From Candidatus Heimdallarchaeota archaeon (GTDB taxonomy: Archaea > Asgardarchaeota > Heimdallarchaeia > Heimdallarchaeales > Heimdallarchaeaceae), in assembly GCA_021399345.1 (NCBI GenBank), contig JAAFKI010000160.1:1-12633 (forward strand): a stretch of DNA of 12,633 bases, written 5' to 3'. The notes under the pieces are model-generated. The model worked only from the letters and a program-made list of their open reading frames with translations, was not told where the DNA came from and did not search any database. Of the stretch, positions 1-8,643 are shown piece by piece. Both the position numbers and the translations under genes were made by a program. Each line of letters starts with the position of its first letter. The first letter of the stretch is position 1.

Positions 1-1637
1 ATAAAAACTCCCAGAATTGTTGGACCTATACTTAATCCAGCAGCTGAACTTCTTCCGAGAACAAAATGGTAATAACCAGTAAAATTGTTACCTAATTTAA
101 TTTCATAGACTTCTTCTCCAAGATCATAAGGTAAAGTTAAGATGAAGGAAAGAAGACTATTACTATTAGCATTAATACTAGAGGAATTACCAAGAAGAGT
201 TCCATCAAAAGTATAAAGATCAATAGTATCCATGGTTTTAATTCTAGGACTTAAGTTAGTTACATTAAAGGAAAGCTCTACTTCGTCATCTAATTTGTAA
301 CCGCCAGAAAGAACTTCAGGGATAATGGTTAATCTGGGAGTATTATCAAGTAAGTAATCAAAACCAGGACGAACATCAGACCAAAGAGCATCAATGTACT
401 GAGGGTAAGGATTGAAGTAATCGTAGATAGATTTCCACTCAAGAATCAAATGAGTAGAGTTTTCTTCAACAACGATTTCTGCTCCAAGAGCAATAGAGGA
501 ATAATTTCTGTAAAGCTCAAAAGTTATAGGAGCTAAACAATCCCTCTCGAAATACATCCATGTGTCCCAACCTCCCGCTAAAGCAGCTTCTGGGTAGGTG
601 TTTTGACCATATACTGTATACATCTCTGTATACGATGGAGGGAGAATCTTTGAGTAATCTTGTACCATTTTCCCGTATAAATCTGGTTCAGCCCAATCGT
701 ATCCGTCATCTGCGAAATATGTCGCATTTATCCCTGAATGCAAAGAATAGCTCATTCCAAAACTATGGTTCAAAGCAAAATCACGAAATGCTCGTGTTTC
801 GGGTTCAGAGAAAGGTATAGGACCGGGATATACTTGAGACTCGGTATCAGGACTCCATCCAACTCCATCTCGCCAATAAGAATCATAGTTACGATTGAGG
901 TCTGTATAGCCAACATCATCTTCGTTTACCAGTCCATCCAAATCATTATCTATGCCTTCATAATAAGTGTAGAGATAAATTGGATTAGATGGGTTGGTAT
1001 TATCAAAAACATCAAAAGAGGAAACTATTCCGTCCCCACTAACATCTTCAGCTCGATCTTCTTCAAAAAGACCATCGTTGTCGTCGTCCCATGGACGGAG
1101 ATTCTTTCTTAACCAGTGATTGTCTTCATTTATTACAAGATCTAACGAATCGAGATTTAGAGCGGGAATAACATAGATTTCTTGATTATCAATAAAATCG
1201 GTTATAGTGTCATTTTCTTGATAATTGTTAAGGAGATAAAGAACAAATCTCAAAGCAATTTCAATACTAATCTGTTCGCGTCCATGATGATGCGAAACCA
1301 CTAGTGTTTTTGCTTTCTGAACGGGTCGATTTTCATTAGTTATTCGTAATGAGATTATATCTTTTCCCAGATATGTTTGTCCAATAACTTCCAAATCTAC
1401 AAGTTCAGGTACAGTATCATGAATATATTCAATTTCCTCATACACTTCTGATGAATTATGAAAATGATTGTCATAAAGCAAATCCAAATCATCCCAAGTT
1501 CTGTCAATTTCAGATGGGTTAGGAGTTATAATAGTAACAGTAATTCTCGCAGAACTTAATAATGGAGAAACACCGAAAAGAAGAATAGTTCCAAAAACAA
1601 CTGCGATTAGTTTAGAGCTATATTTCTTAATAATCAT
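1..1637 (-). CDS. Secreted, probably membrane-anchored M14 family zinc carboxypeptidase (3' end truncated by the window edge, >545 aa)
   Basis: Hand translation from ATG 1637 (MIIKKYSSKLIAVVFGTILLFGVSPLLSSA, signal peptide) stays open to position 1. It contains HHGRE (HxxE zinc ligands, 1275-1286), LRKN, DLNRNY, YPGPIPFSEPET, YSLHSG (third zinc ligand) and TFEL (catalytic Glu). It ends in GLSIGPTILGVF, likely the start of a C-terminal TM anchor. It is missing from the ORF track because the stop lies outside the window. Confidence 0.93.
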   Translation of the reverse strand, partial: MIIKKYSSKLIAVVFGTILLFGVSPLLSSARITVTIITPNPSEIDRTWDDLDLLYDNHFHNSSEVYEEIEYIHDTVPELVDLEVIGQTYLGKDIISLRITNENRPVQKAKTLVVSHHHGREQISIEIALRFVLYLLNNYQENDTITDFIDNQEIYVIPALNLDSLDLVINEDNHWLRKNLRPWDDDNDGLFEEDRAEDVSGDGIVSSFDVFDNTNPSNPIYLYTYYEGIDNDLDGLVNEDDVGYTDLNRNYDSYWRDGVGWSPDTESQVYPGPIPFSEPETRAFRDFALNHSFGMSYSLHSGINATYFADDGYDWAEPDLYGKMVQDYSKILPPSYTEMYTVYGQNTYPEAALAGGWDTWMYFERDCLAPITFELYRNYSSIALGAEIVVEENSTHLILEWKSIYDYFNPYPQYIDALWSDVRPGFDYLLDNTPRLTIIPEVLSGGYKLDDEVELSFNVTNLSPRIKTMDTIDLYTFDGTLLGNSSSINANSNSLLSFILTLPYDLGEEVYEIKLGNNFTGYYHFVLGRSSAAGLSIGPTILGVF

Positions 1638-1658
1638 ATATCAACAGAACCTTAAGCA

Positions 1659-1674
1659 CTTATAAAGGGTTTTT
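1659..1674 (-). promoter_or_regulatory. Archaeal BRE/TATA promoter of the M14 peptidase gene
   Basis: The minus strand reads AAAAACCC-TTTATAAG, ending 21 nt before ATG 1637. Confidence 0.65.
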
Positions 1675-1730
1675 AGTCACCTTAAATGAAGGAATGATCA
1701 GTGACGAATTTGATTGAACATTGAAGTTGT

Positions 1731-2603
1731 CTAGTTTCTTGATAAGCAATATACAGCTGAATGACTTGAGGTGTCGATGAATTCAATATGAAAATCATTG
1801 TCCCCTATAATTTTCTTCAAATTATCAGGATTGATGAACTCTCTTGTATTTCTAAAAATAGCCCTCTCTTTTAATTTGTATTCACGAGTTAGTATGTTAT
1901 ATGAGGAATAAGTGATTGCTTGCATTCCATAGTCCTTCTTAATTGCTGGAAATTGATAATGTTCTCCAGCGATAATATCTTCACTCATTTCTACTAATAG
2001 CTCTCCACTGTGATTCTCTAGTAAATTTTCCGAATTGTACTTCTTATCAGTTGTTTTTGGCTTGTAGGTTGAAAAGAGCCATAATCCATTAGGATTCAAG
2101 TGTTTCCCTACAGCTAAGAATAGATCTTTCAACATAGAAATAGGAAAACTGGGGAATGTATTCATCGGTAATAGAATTACATCAAATTGCCTCTGAAAAG
2201 CATCATCAGTTTTGAAGAAATCATCAAAAAGAATGTTACAATCCTCTAGTAGTGAGTTTGTTTTTGAATAATCTTGGAAGTATTTTTTACAATGTTTACA
2301 AATCTCAATTCCAAATAATTTTGCTTTTTTAGCTTGTTTTTCGTTTTCTACTGCAATCTTGTTTAGAACACGTCCATATGCTGTACCAATCTCTAGAATT
2401 GTTTTTGGATTGTTATCAAATATGAATTGCATCTCAGGGTCAGATCTATTTGCATGATTTGTTCTTCTTCTCCAAAAAACTTCTGCCCAAATCTCTGAGG
2501 AATGCAAATCGTTTCTTATATCTGAAATCGATTCATTTTCCATTAAAAATCCAAAGTCATGCAATCTCTGTAATTCAGATTCGATTGCATCTTTAGGAGA
2601 CAT
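1731..2603 (-). CDS. Class I SAM-dependent methyltransferase
   Basis: Motif I ILEIGTAYGR, acidic motif II FGIEI, DDFF, FDVILLPMNTF and HLNPNGLWLF. TATA-like TTTAATAT at 2627-2634. Substrate unknown. Confidence 0.88.
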   Translation of the reverse strand: MSPKDAIESELQRLHDFGFLMENESISDIRNDLHSSEIWAEVFWRRRTNHANRSDPEMQFIFDNNPKTILEIGTAYGRVLNKIAVENEKQAKKAKLFGIEICKHCKKYFQDYSKTNSLLEDCNILFDDFFKTDDAFQRQFDVILLPMNTFPSFPISMLKDLFLAVGKHLNPNGLWLFSTYKPKTTDKKYNSENLLENHSGELLVEMSEDIIAGEHYQFPAIKKDYGMQAITYSSYNILTREYKLKERAIFRNTREFINPDNLKKIIGDNDFHIEFIDTSSHSAVYCLSRN

Positions 2604-2736
2604 ATGGTTTTAATGATTGTGATAATATATTAAATCATCCTATATGAAACGCTGTTTAGCATAAATCTTTCTTAGAGGAAATTTTCAAAATTCTTTATCT
2701 AGCCATGTTGCTTACACAGAATCCACTTAATAACCC

Positions 2737-3126
2737 TCAACTAAGTTTTGTTCCAGCAAATCTATCTTTATTCTTTCCACAACTGCTACAAACGGTTTCA
2801 GATGGGTCCATCCTAGCTTCACAGTATTCACAAAAAATTGCTTCCTTAGAAGCCTGAGCTTTAGATGGATCATATGGTTGATACTCAACGTCTTGATCAT
2901 AAGGTCGATGTTTCTTAGCCAAAACAAAGTCTTTTCTCTCTTTTTGTCTTATCCTAACAAAAACAACCCACATAATAGTAACTATTAACATAACACCAAT
3001 AGCAGTTGGTACCACAACAAGTACTGGTTCATCAAAATCCAATAAGGCTAGTATAACAACTACTCCACCAAGTATGATTGAAATCAATGAAAGAATAATA
3101 TATGTTTTCTTAGCTTTAGGTTCCAT
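2737..3126 (-). CDS. Small membrane protein with two TM helices and a C-terminal zinc ribbon
   Basis: Two hydrophobic segments (YIILSLISIILGGVVVILALL and VLVVVPTAIGVMLIVTIMWVVFV), a basic patch, then CEYC-x10-CSSCG. ATG 3126 is preferred over the adjacent GTG 3129. TATA TTTAAGTA at 3151-3158. Confidence 0.85.
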   Translation of the reverse strand: MEPKAKKTYIILSLISIILGGVVVILALLDFDEPVLVVVPTAIGVMLIVTIMWVVFVRIRQKERKDFVLAKKHRPYDQDVEYQPYDPSKAQASKEAIFCEYCEARMDPSETVCSSCGKNKDRFAGTKLS

Positions 3127-3150
3127 CACACTATAATGCTTGTAGATTGT

Positions 3151-3218
3151 TACTTAAATTTTGTTAAAGTAAAAATGTTTAAGACAAAACATCCATTTAA
3201 CATGAAAATTTTTAAACT
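3151..3218. promoter_or_regulatory. Divergent promoter region with two opposed TATA boxes and imperfect dyad symmetry
   Basis: TTTAAGTA on the minus strand (3151-3158) and TTTTTAAA on the plus strand (3209-3216). Inverted pairs TGTTAAA/TTTAACA (3162-3168 and 3196-3202) and ATGTTT/AAACAT (3175-3180 and 3187-3192). Confidence 0.5.
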
Positions 3219-3237
3219 GAAAGAACATCAATAAAAT

Positions 3238-3828
3238 GTGTCATCCGGTGAAATTTTTAAGAGAGAAGAGTTAAAGGAAAAAATCCAAGAAATATTTGGA
3301 ACACCAGAATTCGGTTTAGAACATATTAATGGAGATATGTATATCTTCAACAACTCCTATTTAGTCGCAAATGTCCTTCTAACTCAAGAAATTGATATTT
3401 ATATCCCATCAGAGAAAGTGTTTTTCAGTGGAGAGTATGATGAGAAAACATATTTGAGAGAAAAGATTGTTTTTGAACAATATGTAGAGATTTACACAAA
3501 TAAAAACGAGAATTTCTCTACTATGGCTAGTGGTTCTAAGAAAGCAACTTCTTTTGATGAAGCCTTTGCTAACTTAGAAAAATTTGGTAGAAAAATATAT
3601 GTCATGCTAGAGAAAATTGCAGGATATTATAGTGGAGATGTAAAGTATTCTTATCAAGATTGCAGATTTAAAGGATTAGAGAAAAAAGACCATGAAAGTT
3701 CATCAGAACATGGGTATTTTGTTCAAAGTTCTTCAATAAGCAGTCAAGAGTTAAGTAGTGGGAATTTAAAGAAAATTCAGCAAGTAGATAAAGAAGTACA
3801 AGAGTATGCAAAGAGAAAGGCGGAATGA
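3238..3828 (+). CDS. Hypothetical soluble protein (196 aa)
   Basis: Fills the gap between neighbouring genes, has typical charged composition and a GTG start 21 nt after a TATA-like box. No motif recognised. Confidence 0.78.
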   Translation: MSSGEIFKREELKEKIQEIFGTPEFGLEHINGDMYIFNNSYLVANVLLTQEIDIYIPSEKVFFSGEYDEKTYLREKIVFEQYVEIYTNKNENFSTMASGSKKATSFDEAFANLEKFGRKIYVMLEKIAGYYSGDVKYSYQDCRFKGLEKKDHESSSEHGYFVQSSSISSQELSSGNLKKIQQVDKEVQEYAKRKAE

Positions 3829-3863
3829 AGGTAAATAAATTAAGATTCTGATTTCTAAGAATT

Positions 3864-3888
3864 ATAAAAAAATAAAAGGGAAAGGAGA
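3864..3888 (-). terminator. Oligo-T archaeal-type terminator of surface protein A
   Basis: The minus strand directly after the stop reads TCTCCTTTCCCTTTTATTTTTTATA. Confidence 0.5.
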
Positions 3889-5391
3889 TTAGCTGTTTTT
3901 CTTCCTTCTATTTAGAACAACAGGAATAAACATACATAAAACAAAAAGTAGAATGTGCAAAAGGGAAAAATTGGTTGTCTCCTTTACCTCAGGTGCTGTC
4001 ACCAAAACGAATACCATTCTTACTGTCTGACTTCCAAAAGTATTTGTTGCCACTATGGTATAGAAGTAAATTCCTTCAATTAAATCATCAACATTTATTG
4101 AGATAAATTCTCCACTCACCCAGTCATTATCAAAAGTTAAAGTATCGTTTTTATACAAAGCATATGTTCCCGTTGAAACATCAAATATGGTCCATCTGAT
4201 GTAATTACCAAGAGTTCCTTCAGAAAATGAAACATCTCCAGAGGTCTTAATTATTGGCGCATCTCCAAAAGACGCATTATAGGTTTTAAAGCTCTTAATC
4301 CAAAATTCATGTTGATCGTTTAGAGCTGATGCATCATTATAGAAGAAAAATAAATTCACTTCAGTATATCCTGGTACAAGTAAAGAAAATTCAAAGTAAT
4401 TGAATTCTGTTTCAGTCAGATTTTCATTCCAACAACCAATATCTGGAATACCTTGAATCATTTCTGAAGTATATTTGTTATATATAGCCATTTTTAGGTT
4501 TGGTGTAACATCAATAGAATTGCTTTTAGCTTTACCTTCAAAGGAAAAAGTAGCTGTATGATTAACTACTGGAATTGTAGTATAAACACCACAAAATGAA
4601 TCATATGTTCCAGAATCTATTTCTTGAATATGTAGATAGGTTTCATTTACATCAAAAGTAAAATCTATGCTTCCTTCATCAATCAAAGGGGGAGAAGGTA
4701 ATAAACCAAAATTCCAATTGTTTGTGTTTATTGCAGTCCAATTATATTCATTTATCGGTCGGATATTTTTAGGCATACAAGAAAGAGGAAATTCTTCATC
4801 GCCGTAAATTCGTAAATCTTTAACATAAACAGTCTGATTCCAATCAGCTAGCCAACCATCAGAATAATAAATGAACATGATTGCTTCATCGAATTCTGTT
4901 ATAGTATAATTAATTCCAATGTGATTGTAACCAGAATCATATGTATTATCTTTTCGATATGCAATTATAGGTGTGACATCCATTCTTCTCAGACTGACTG
5001 GATCATAAAGTTTGATTACACCATTTCTGGCATCCACATGTTGAGCAGTAACCCTCATTTCACAAGAAAATGCAAGATGATTATTTGTTACTGGAACGGT
5101 TGCATATACACCAACGAAAGCATCGTTTGAATGACCTTCTTGAATTGTTATCAACGAATCATTAATTGAATAAGAGAAAGAATCCCCTGAAGTTGTGTCC
5201 AAAAGAGTATAATCATTACCTCTTACGATAGACACAGCAGTCCAATCTAAATCTTCTGCAGATATGAAACTGAAATTTGGTTTATCGTATATCCCTAAAT
5301 CAATTTTCTGTTCTGATTCAATCAAATTTAATTGTTGACCTAATCCAATAAAAAAGACGATAAACAGAGTACAAATTATCTTTCTCTTCAT
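3889..5391 (-). CDS. Cell-surface protein A: signal peptide, two tandem ~150-aa beta-rich domains, Ig-like domain, C-terminal TM anchor
   Basis: MKRK followed by a hydrophobic N-terminus. Internal repeat (aa ~48-196 vs ~216-371). Ig-like motif IRWTIFD..Y..YKN..W..I.INVDDL.EG.Y.YTIVA. C-terminal LLHILLFVLCMFIPVVL-NRRKKNS. Several NxS/T sequons. Paralogous to 9426..10943. Confidence 0.88.
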   Translation of the reverse strand: MKRKIICTLFIVFFIGLGQQLNLIESEQKIDLGIYDKPNFSFISAEDLDWTAVSIVRGNDYTLLDTTSGDSFSYSINDSLITIQEGHSNDAFVGVYATVPVTNNHLAFSCEMRVTAQHVDARNGVIKLYDPVSLRRMDVTPIIAYRKDNTYDSGYNHIGINYTITEFDEAIMFIYYSDGWLADWNQTVYVKDLRIYGDEEFPLSCMPKNIRPINEYNWTAINTNNWNFGLLPSPPLIDEGSIDFTFDVNETYLHIQEIDSGTYDSFCGVYTTIPVVNHTATFSFEGKAKSNSIDVTPNLKMAIYNKYTSEMIQGIPDIGCWNENLTETEFNYFEFSLLVPGYTEVNLFFFYNDASALNDQHEFWIKSFKTYNASFGDAPIIKTSGDVSFSEGTLGNYIRWTIFDVSTGTYALYKNDTLTFDNDWVSGEFISINVDDLIEGIYFYTIVATNTFGSQTVRMVFVLVTAPEVKETTNFSLLHILLFVLCMFIPVVLNRRKKNS

Positions 5392-5473
5392 TTAATTTCA
5401 TATGCTAGGAATATTTATCATATAAAATATTTTGGGCAAGATGGTTCTAAGAGGATTTCCAACAATTAGGACA

Positions 5474-5490
5474 ATAAAAAAAGCTCTCTC
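5474..5490 (-). terminator. Oligo-T terminator after the MBL gene
   Basis: A T7 run on the minus strand (A run at 5476-5482) about 13 nt after the stop codon. Confidence 0.45.
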
Positions 5491-5495
5491 AAGTT

Positions 5496-6197
5496 TTATT
5501 TTTTTGTCTGTTTCTCTATTTTTGATTGCCTTTTTCTTAACTTCTTCTTTATTCTCTCTGCTCTGAAAGGTTTACCGTGAGATATGTATATCATCTCTGC
5601 TCCTTCGCCGATTATTCTTTCCCAGCTCTTCCAAACGCTTTCTTCATCCATAGCAACCCTAGGAAATCCAGATCTTAATCTAATAGGAAAACCATGAGCT
5701 GAACAGCCAATAATTGCATCACCCTCTTCTGTTACGACTGCAACTGTACCTAATGTATGTCCAGGAGTATGAATCACCTTTGCTTTAAGACCAAAATCAT
5801 AGAGGGAATATTCGTCTTGAATAACAATATCAGGTTCAACAGGTTCGTATATTGTCCAAGATTTTGGAACTGTCGATATTAGAACTTTAGCTAGAAAAGT
5901 TAGAGGTTGAGCTTCTGCAGATATTCCTTTAACTAAGAATTCTTCATCATTTTCATGGACTAAAACTTGTGCGTTTGTAAGCTTCTGAATCGTTTTTAAA
6001 GCACCTGTATGATCAAAATGTGCATGATTTATTATTATCAGCTTGATCTCTTCTGGAAGAATATTATAATCATCTAAAAATCTTAAATATTTTTTCACAT
6101 TATGTTTAGAACCAGTATCGAATTGAATGTAGCCTGAATCAGTTCTAAGTAGATAAATTTTAGTAAAACCCAAATTCAAAGGTATAACTTTTTCCAT
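5496..6197 (-). CDS. MBL-fold metallo-hydrolase (glyoxalase II-like superfamily)
   Basis: FDTG, NHAHFDHTG (HxHxDH), VHEND, HTPGHT and ISHG. Motif 4 reads IIGC instead of the usual GD. TATA CTATAAAA at 6220-6227. Confidence 0.93.
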   Translation of the reverse strand: MEKVIPLNLGFTKIYLLRTDSGYIQFDTGSKHNVKKYLRFLDDYNILPEEIKLIIINHAHFDHTGALKTIQKLTNAQVLVHENDEEFLVKGISAEAQPLTFLAKVLISTVPKSWTIYEPVEPDIVIQDEYSLYDFGLKAKVIHTPGHTLGTVAVVTEEGDAIIGCSAHGFPIRLRSGFPRVAMDEESVWKSWERIIGEGAEMIYISHGKPFRAERIKKKLRKRQSKIEKQTKK

Positions 6198-6301
6198 GTA
6201 GAAGAATTTTGAAACCGCTTTTTATAGTTTTAGTGAAAAAAGAATTGTGATGAACGTATAAGTTTTTTATATTAGCATGAGCTTTGTTGCTTGCTTTATT
6301 G

Positions 6302-7339
6302 ATGAAACCTATTTCATTTATCCTGAGTTCCTCACCAATTGATGAGATAATTAGACTAGCTGATTATAAGGTAAAACATATATGGAATATTAGCGAGTCA
6401 AGAAGTTTCGAAGAAATTAATTTTCTTCCTCAACAGTATTGTCAACTCAGCAAACACATCTATACCACAATAGTACCTGAGATTAGAGATAAATCTGACA
6501 AACTGTTAATTTTGAGTCATTGTTCAGAACTAAATAGATTTCATTCGTTGTTAGATGAGATTTGCAAACATGATTTTATAGAAATTCCACGAAGCAGTAG
6601 AAAACATGCTCAAGTTTATCTAGAAAAGCAAATTGAAGTTTACATTAACAATGATTCATCATTAAAATCTGTTTCAATAAATCAACTGGAACAAGAGATT
6701 ATTGACAGACAGAATCTACTAAAATATTTGAAAGAAGTGCATATAAAAAATCAAATGAAATATATGGATGTACTCTCGCTAGTGCATGTAATTCTTGATC
6801 GGGATTCAGCATCTTTTCAACAAATTAAGAATGAAATAGATAAGAAAATCAGCAGCAATAGTTTAGAAAGTAAATCAAAAAATGATAAGCCATCTATTTT
6901 AATATTGGGAGAATTTTGGAGTGAAGAGATTATTTTAATTCTGGAAAAAATGGATGAGTTATTCGAAATAAAGAAGGATACATTTGAGAATGGACTAGGT
7001 TTTGTGTATCAAGAACTTAAAGAAACCTCAATTGAAGATTTGAAGTCATACATTGATTTTGTTGTTCAAAATACGATTAAAGGTAAGTTTAACCCGTCTT
7101 CACTTGATTTTGAGGTAGACGAAATTAACAATGTAGTAGAACAAAATAATATTGAAGGAATCATCATCTTAAATTACAAATTCTGTGATGTGTATACATT
7201 TCTTGCACCATTGATAAAACAGATTCCAGATTTTGATTTACCTATATTAGATATAGAACTTGAGAGCGAAGGATTAGGTTTTGAACAAGTTAAAACAAGA
7301 CTTGAAGCTTTTAAGGAATGTTTGATTGACAGGAGGTAA
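6302..7339 (+). CDS. 2-hydroxyacyl-CoA dehydratase / benzoyl-CoA reductase family subunit (HgdB/HadC/BcrC-like, divergent)
   Basis: PIDEII, three likely [4Fe-4S] Cys ligands (LPQQYC, LSHCSE, YKFCD), IEIPR, IEGIIIL and the C-terminal LPILDIELE...QVKTRLEAFKE signature. ATG 6302 is preferred over TTG 6284 because the TATA box TTTATATT lies at 6266-6273. Confidence 0.88.
   Translation: MKPISFILSSSPIDEIIRLADYKVKHIWNISESRSFEEINFLPQQYCQLSKHIYTTIVPEIRDKSDKLLILSHCSELNRFHSLLDEICKHDFIEIPRSSRKHAQVYLEKQIEVYINNDSSLKSVSINQLEQEIIDRQNLLKYLKEVHIKNQMKYMDVLSLVHVILDRDSASFQQIKNEIDKKISSNSLESKSKNDKPSILILGEFWSEEIILILEKMDELFEIKKDTFENGLGFVYQELKETSIEDLKSYIDFVVQNTIKGKFNPSSLDFEVDEINNVVEQNNIEGIIILNYKFCDVYTFLAPLIKQIPDFDLPILDIELESEGLGFEQVKTRLEAFKECLIDRR
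7331..7337 (+). promoter_or_regulatory. Shine-Dalgarno sequence overlapping the upstream stop codon
   Basis: AGGAGGT-AAAAAG-ATG (ATG 7344). The final T is the first base of the upstream TAA (7337-7339). Confidence 0.8.
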
Positions 7340-7343
7340 AAAG

Positions 7344-8594
7344 ATGGATGCAAGTAAATTCTTACGATTCGCATTAAAGCATTTGATGATAAAACCTGTT
7401 AGTTTTACAGCTTCTACAGTAGCTTCATGGTTAACAAATATTAAATCAGATAGAATCATCTATAATCAATACAGTAAGTTTATCAGAGAATGCTACAGAA
7501 ATTCAAATAGAGTTGCTTGGGTTCCTTTTGTATATCCGGTGGAAATCCTATATTCAATGAACTTGCTACCATTCACTACAGAGGTATTTGGGATTAATTG
7601 CGCTAGAGTACCTGGGTTAATACCAGATGCATTTGAGAAAGCTTTCCAAGTAGGATTATCGGCTGATTCATGCAGTTTTCATCATGCTTCAGTAGGGATA
7701 TTTGCACAAAATATACTTCCAAAAGCAAAAATAATCTTGGGTGGAACACCAACAGGATGCGAAGATCAATACCATTCATTACGAATTCTGTCAAAGATGT
7801 TCAAAACGAAATATTATGCTATAGATATCCCTCGACATTATTCAGGAGAAAAAGAGAAGTTTGAATATTTCAAAGATGAATTGTATGGATTAATTGAGTT
7901 TTGTGAAAAAGAAACAGGGTTCAAGTTTGAAAAGGAAGAATTGAGGAGAATTAACTCTCGTTATAGAGAGGTTTATCAGAAATACGAGCAAATTATGCAA
8001 CTTAAAGCAGATGTTCCAACAAAACTTTATGAAGGCCATTTTACAGCTATTTCTTCAGTTTTGGTTGATTTTGTAGGAAGTTTAGAGAGGGTGGAGAAAT
8101 ATTTCGATAAAGCAATAAAAGACTTCAACTATCTAAATTTTCCAGAAATGGGCGATTCATCTAAACGTATTGCATGGATAGGACATCCAATTATACCCTT
8201 AAGAAAACTGCAGTATTTCTTAGCAGAAAATAATGCATTTATAGGTTATCAAGAATTCATGGAAAGTACTGTTCCTCCTCCTTCGAAAAGAAATGATCCT
8301 ATTGAGGAAGTTGCAGAAAAATATCTATCAGCTTACTCAAATGTACCAATTGAGAAAAGATTAGATATAATAAAAAAACGTTTGAAGAAACATCGGTACG
8401 ACGGTATTGTTTACATGACTTCGTGGGGATGTCATCAATTAAACTCTGCAGCGTCTTATATTGTTGAAAACTTGAAAGAAGATTATCCAGTTGTTCTGAT
8501 AGATTCTGATAGTTGTAATATTAAAAATGTTGGAGAGGAACAAGTTAAAATGAGACTAGAAGCACTTCTAGAATTAATTGAACAAAGAGAATAG
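7344..8594 (+). CDS. 2-hydroxyacyl-CoA dehydratase / benzoyl-CoA reductase family subunit (HgdA/HadB/BcrB-like)
   Basis: VAWVPFVYPVEIL, GLSADSCSFH, TGCEDQ, IDIP, RIAWIG, DGIVYMTSWGCHQ and PVVLIDSD...QVKMRLEALLE. The start is moved to ATG 7344 because of the strong SD. Confidence 0.93.
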   Translation: MDASKFLRFALKHLMIKPVSFTASTVASWLTNIKSDRIIYNQYSKFIRECYRNSNRVAWVPFVYPVEILYSMNLLPFTTEVFGINCARVPGLIPDAFEKAFQVGLSADSCSFHHASVGIFAQNILPKAKIILGGTPTGCEDQYHSLRILSKMFKTKYYAIDIPRHYSGEKEKFEYFKDELYGLIEFCEKETGFKFEKEELRRINSRYREVYQKYEQIMQLKADVPTKLYEGHFTAISSVLVDFVGSLERVEKYFDKAIKDFNYLNFPEMGDSSKRIAWIGHPIIPLRKLQYFLAENNAFIGYQEFMESTVPPPSKRNDPIEEVAEKYLSAYSNVPIEKRLDIIKKRLKKHRYDGIVYMTSWGCHQLNSAASYIVENLKEDYPVVLIDSDSCNIKNVGEEQVKMRLEALLELIEQRE

Positions 8595-8605
8595 AAACGG
8601 TTTTT

Positions 8606-8621
8606 GAAAAGTTTTTAAAAG
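8606..8621 (+). promoter_or_regulatory. BRE/TATA promoter directly upstream of the activator gene
   Basis: GAAAAG-TTTTTAAAAG ending 22 nt before ATG 8644. Confidence 0.6.
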
Positions 8622-8643
8622 GCCACCATAGTAGCATTCACAT

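Noticed and set aside
560-1112. Plus-strand ORFs 560..820 and 738..1112
   Set aside because: Antisense shadows of the M14 peptidase gene, with no motifs.
2727-2927. 66-aa minus-strand ORF
   Set aside because: Alternative frame inside the zinc-ribbon membrane protein gene.
4921-5130. 69-aa plus-strand ORF, and likewise 9795..9998
   Set aside because: Antisense to the surface protein genes, with no independent signals.
5391-5403. 13-mer ATATGAAATTAAA shared with 11109-11121
   Set aside because: Almost all A/T and at different positions relative to the TATA boxes; likely chance.
7174-7864. Short ORFs 7174..7374, 7274..7459, 7603..7794 and 7670..7864
   Set aside because: All overlap the well-supported dehydratase subunit genes.
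6302-8594. Double-cubane cluster protein (DCCP) assignment
   Set aside because: Two different subunits are present, and the extra Cys motifs expected for a double cubane are missing (for example DTFENG and FNPS where Cys would be needed).
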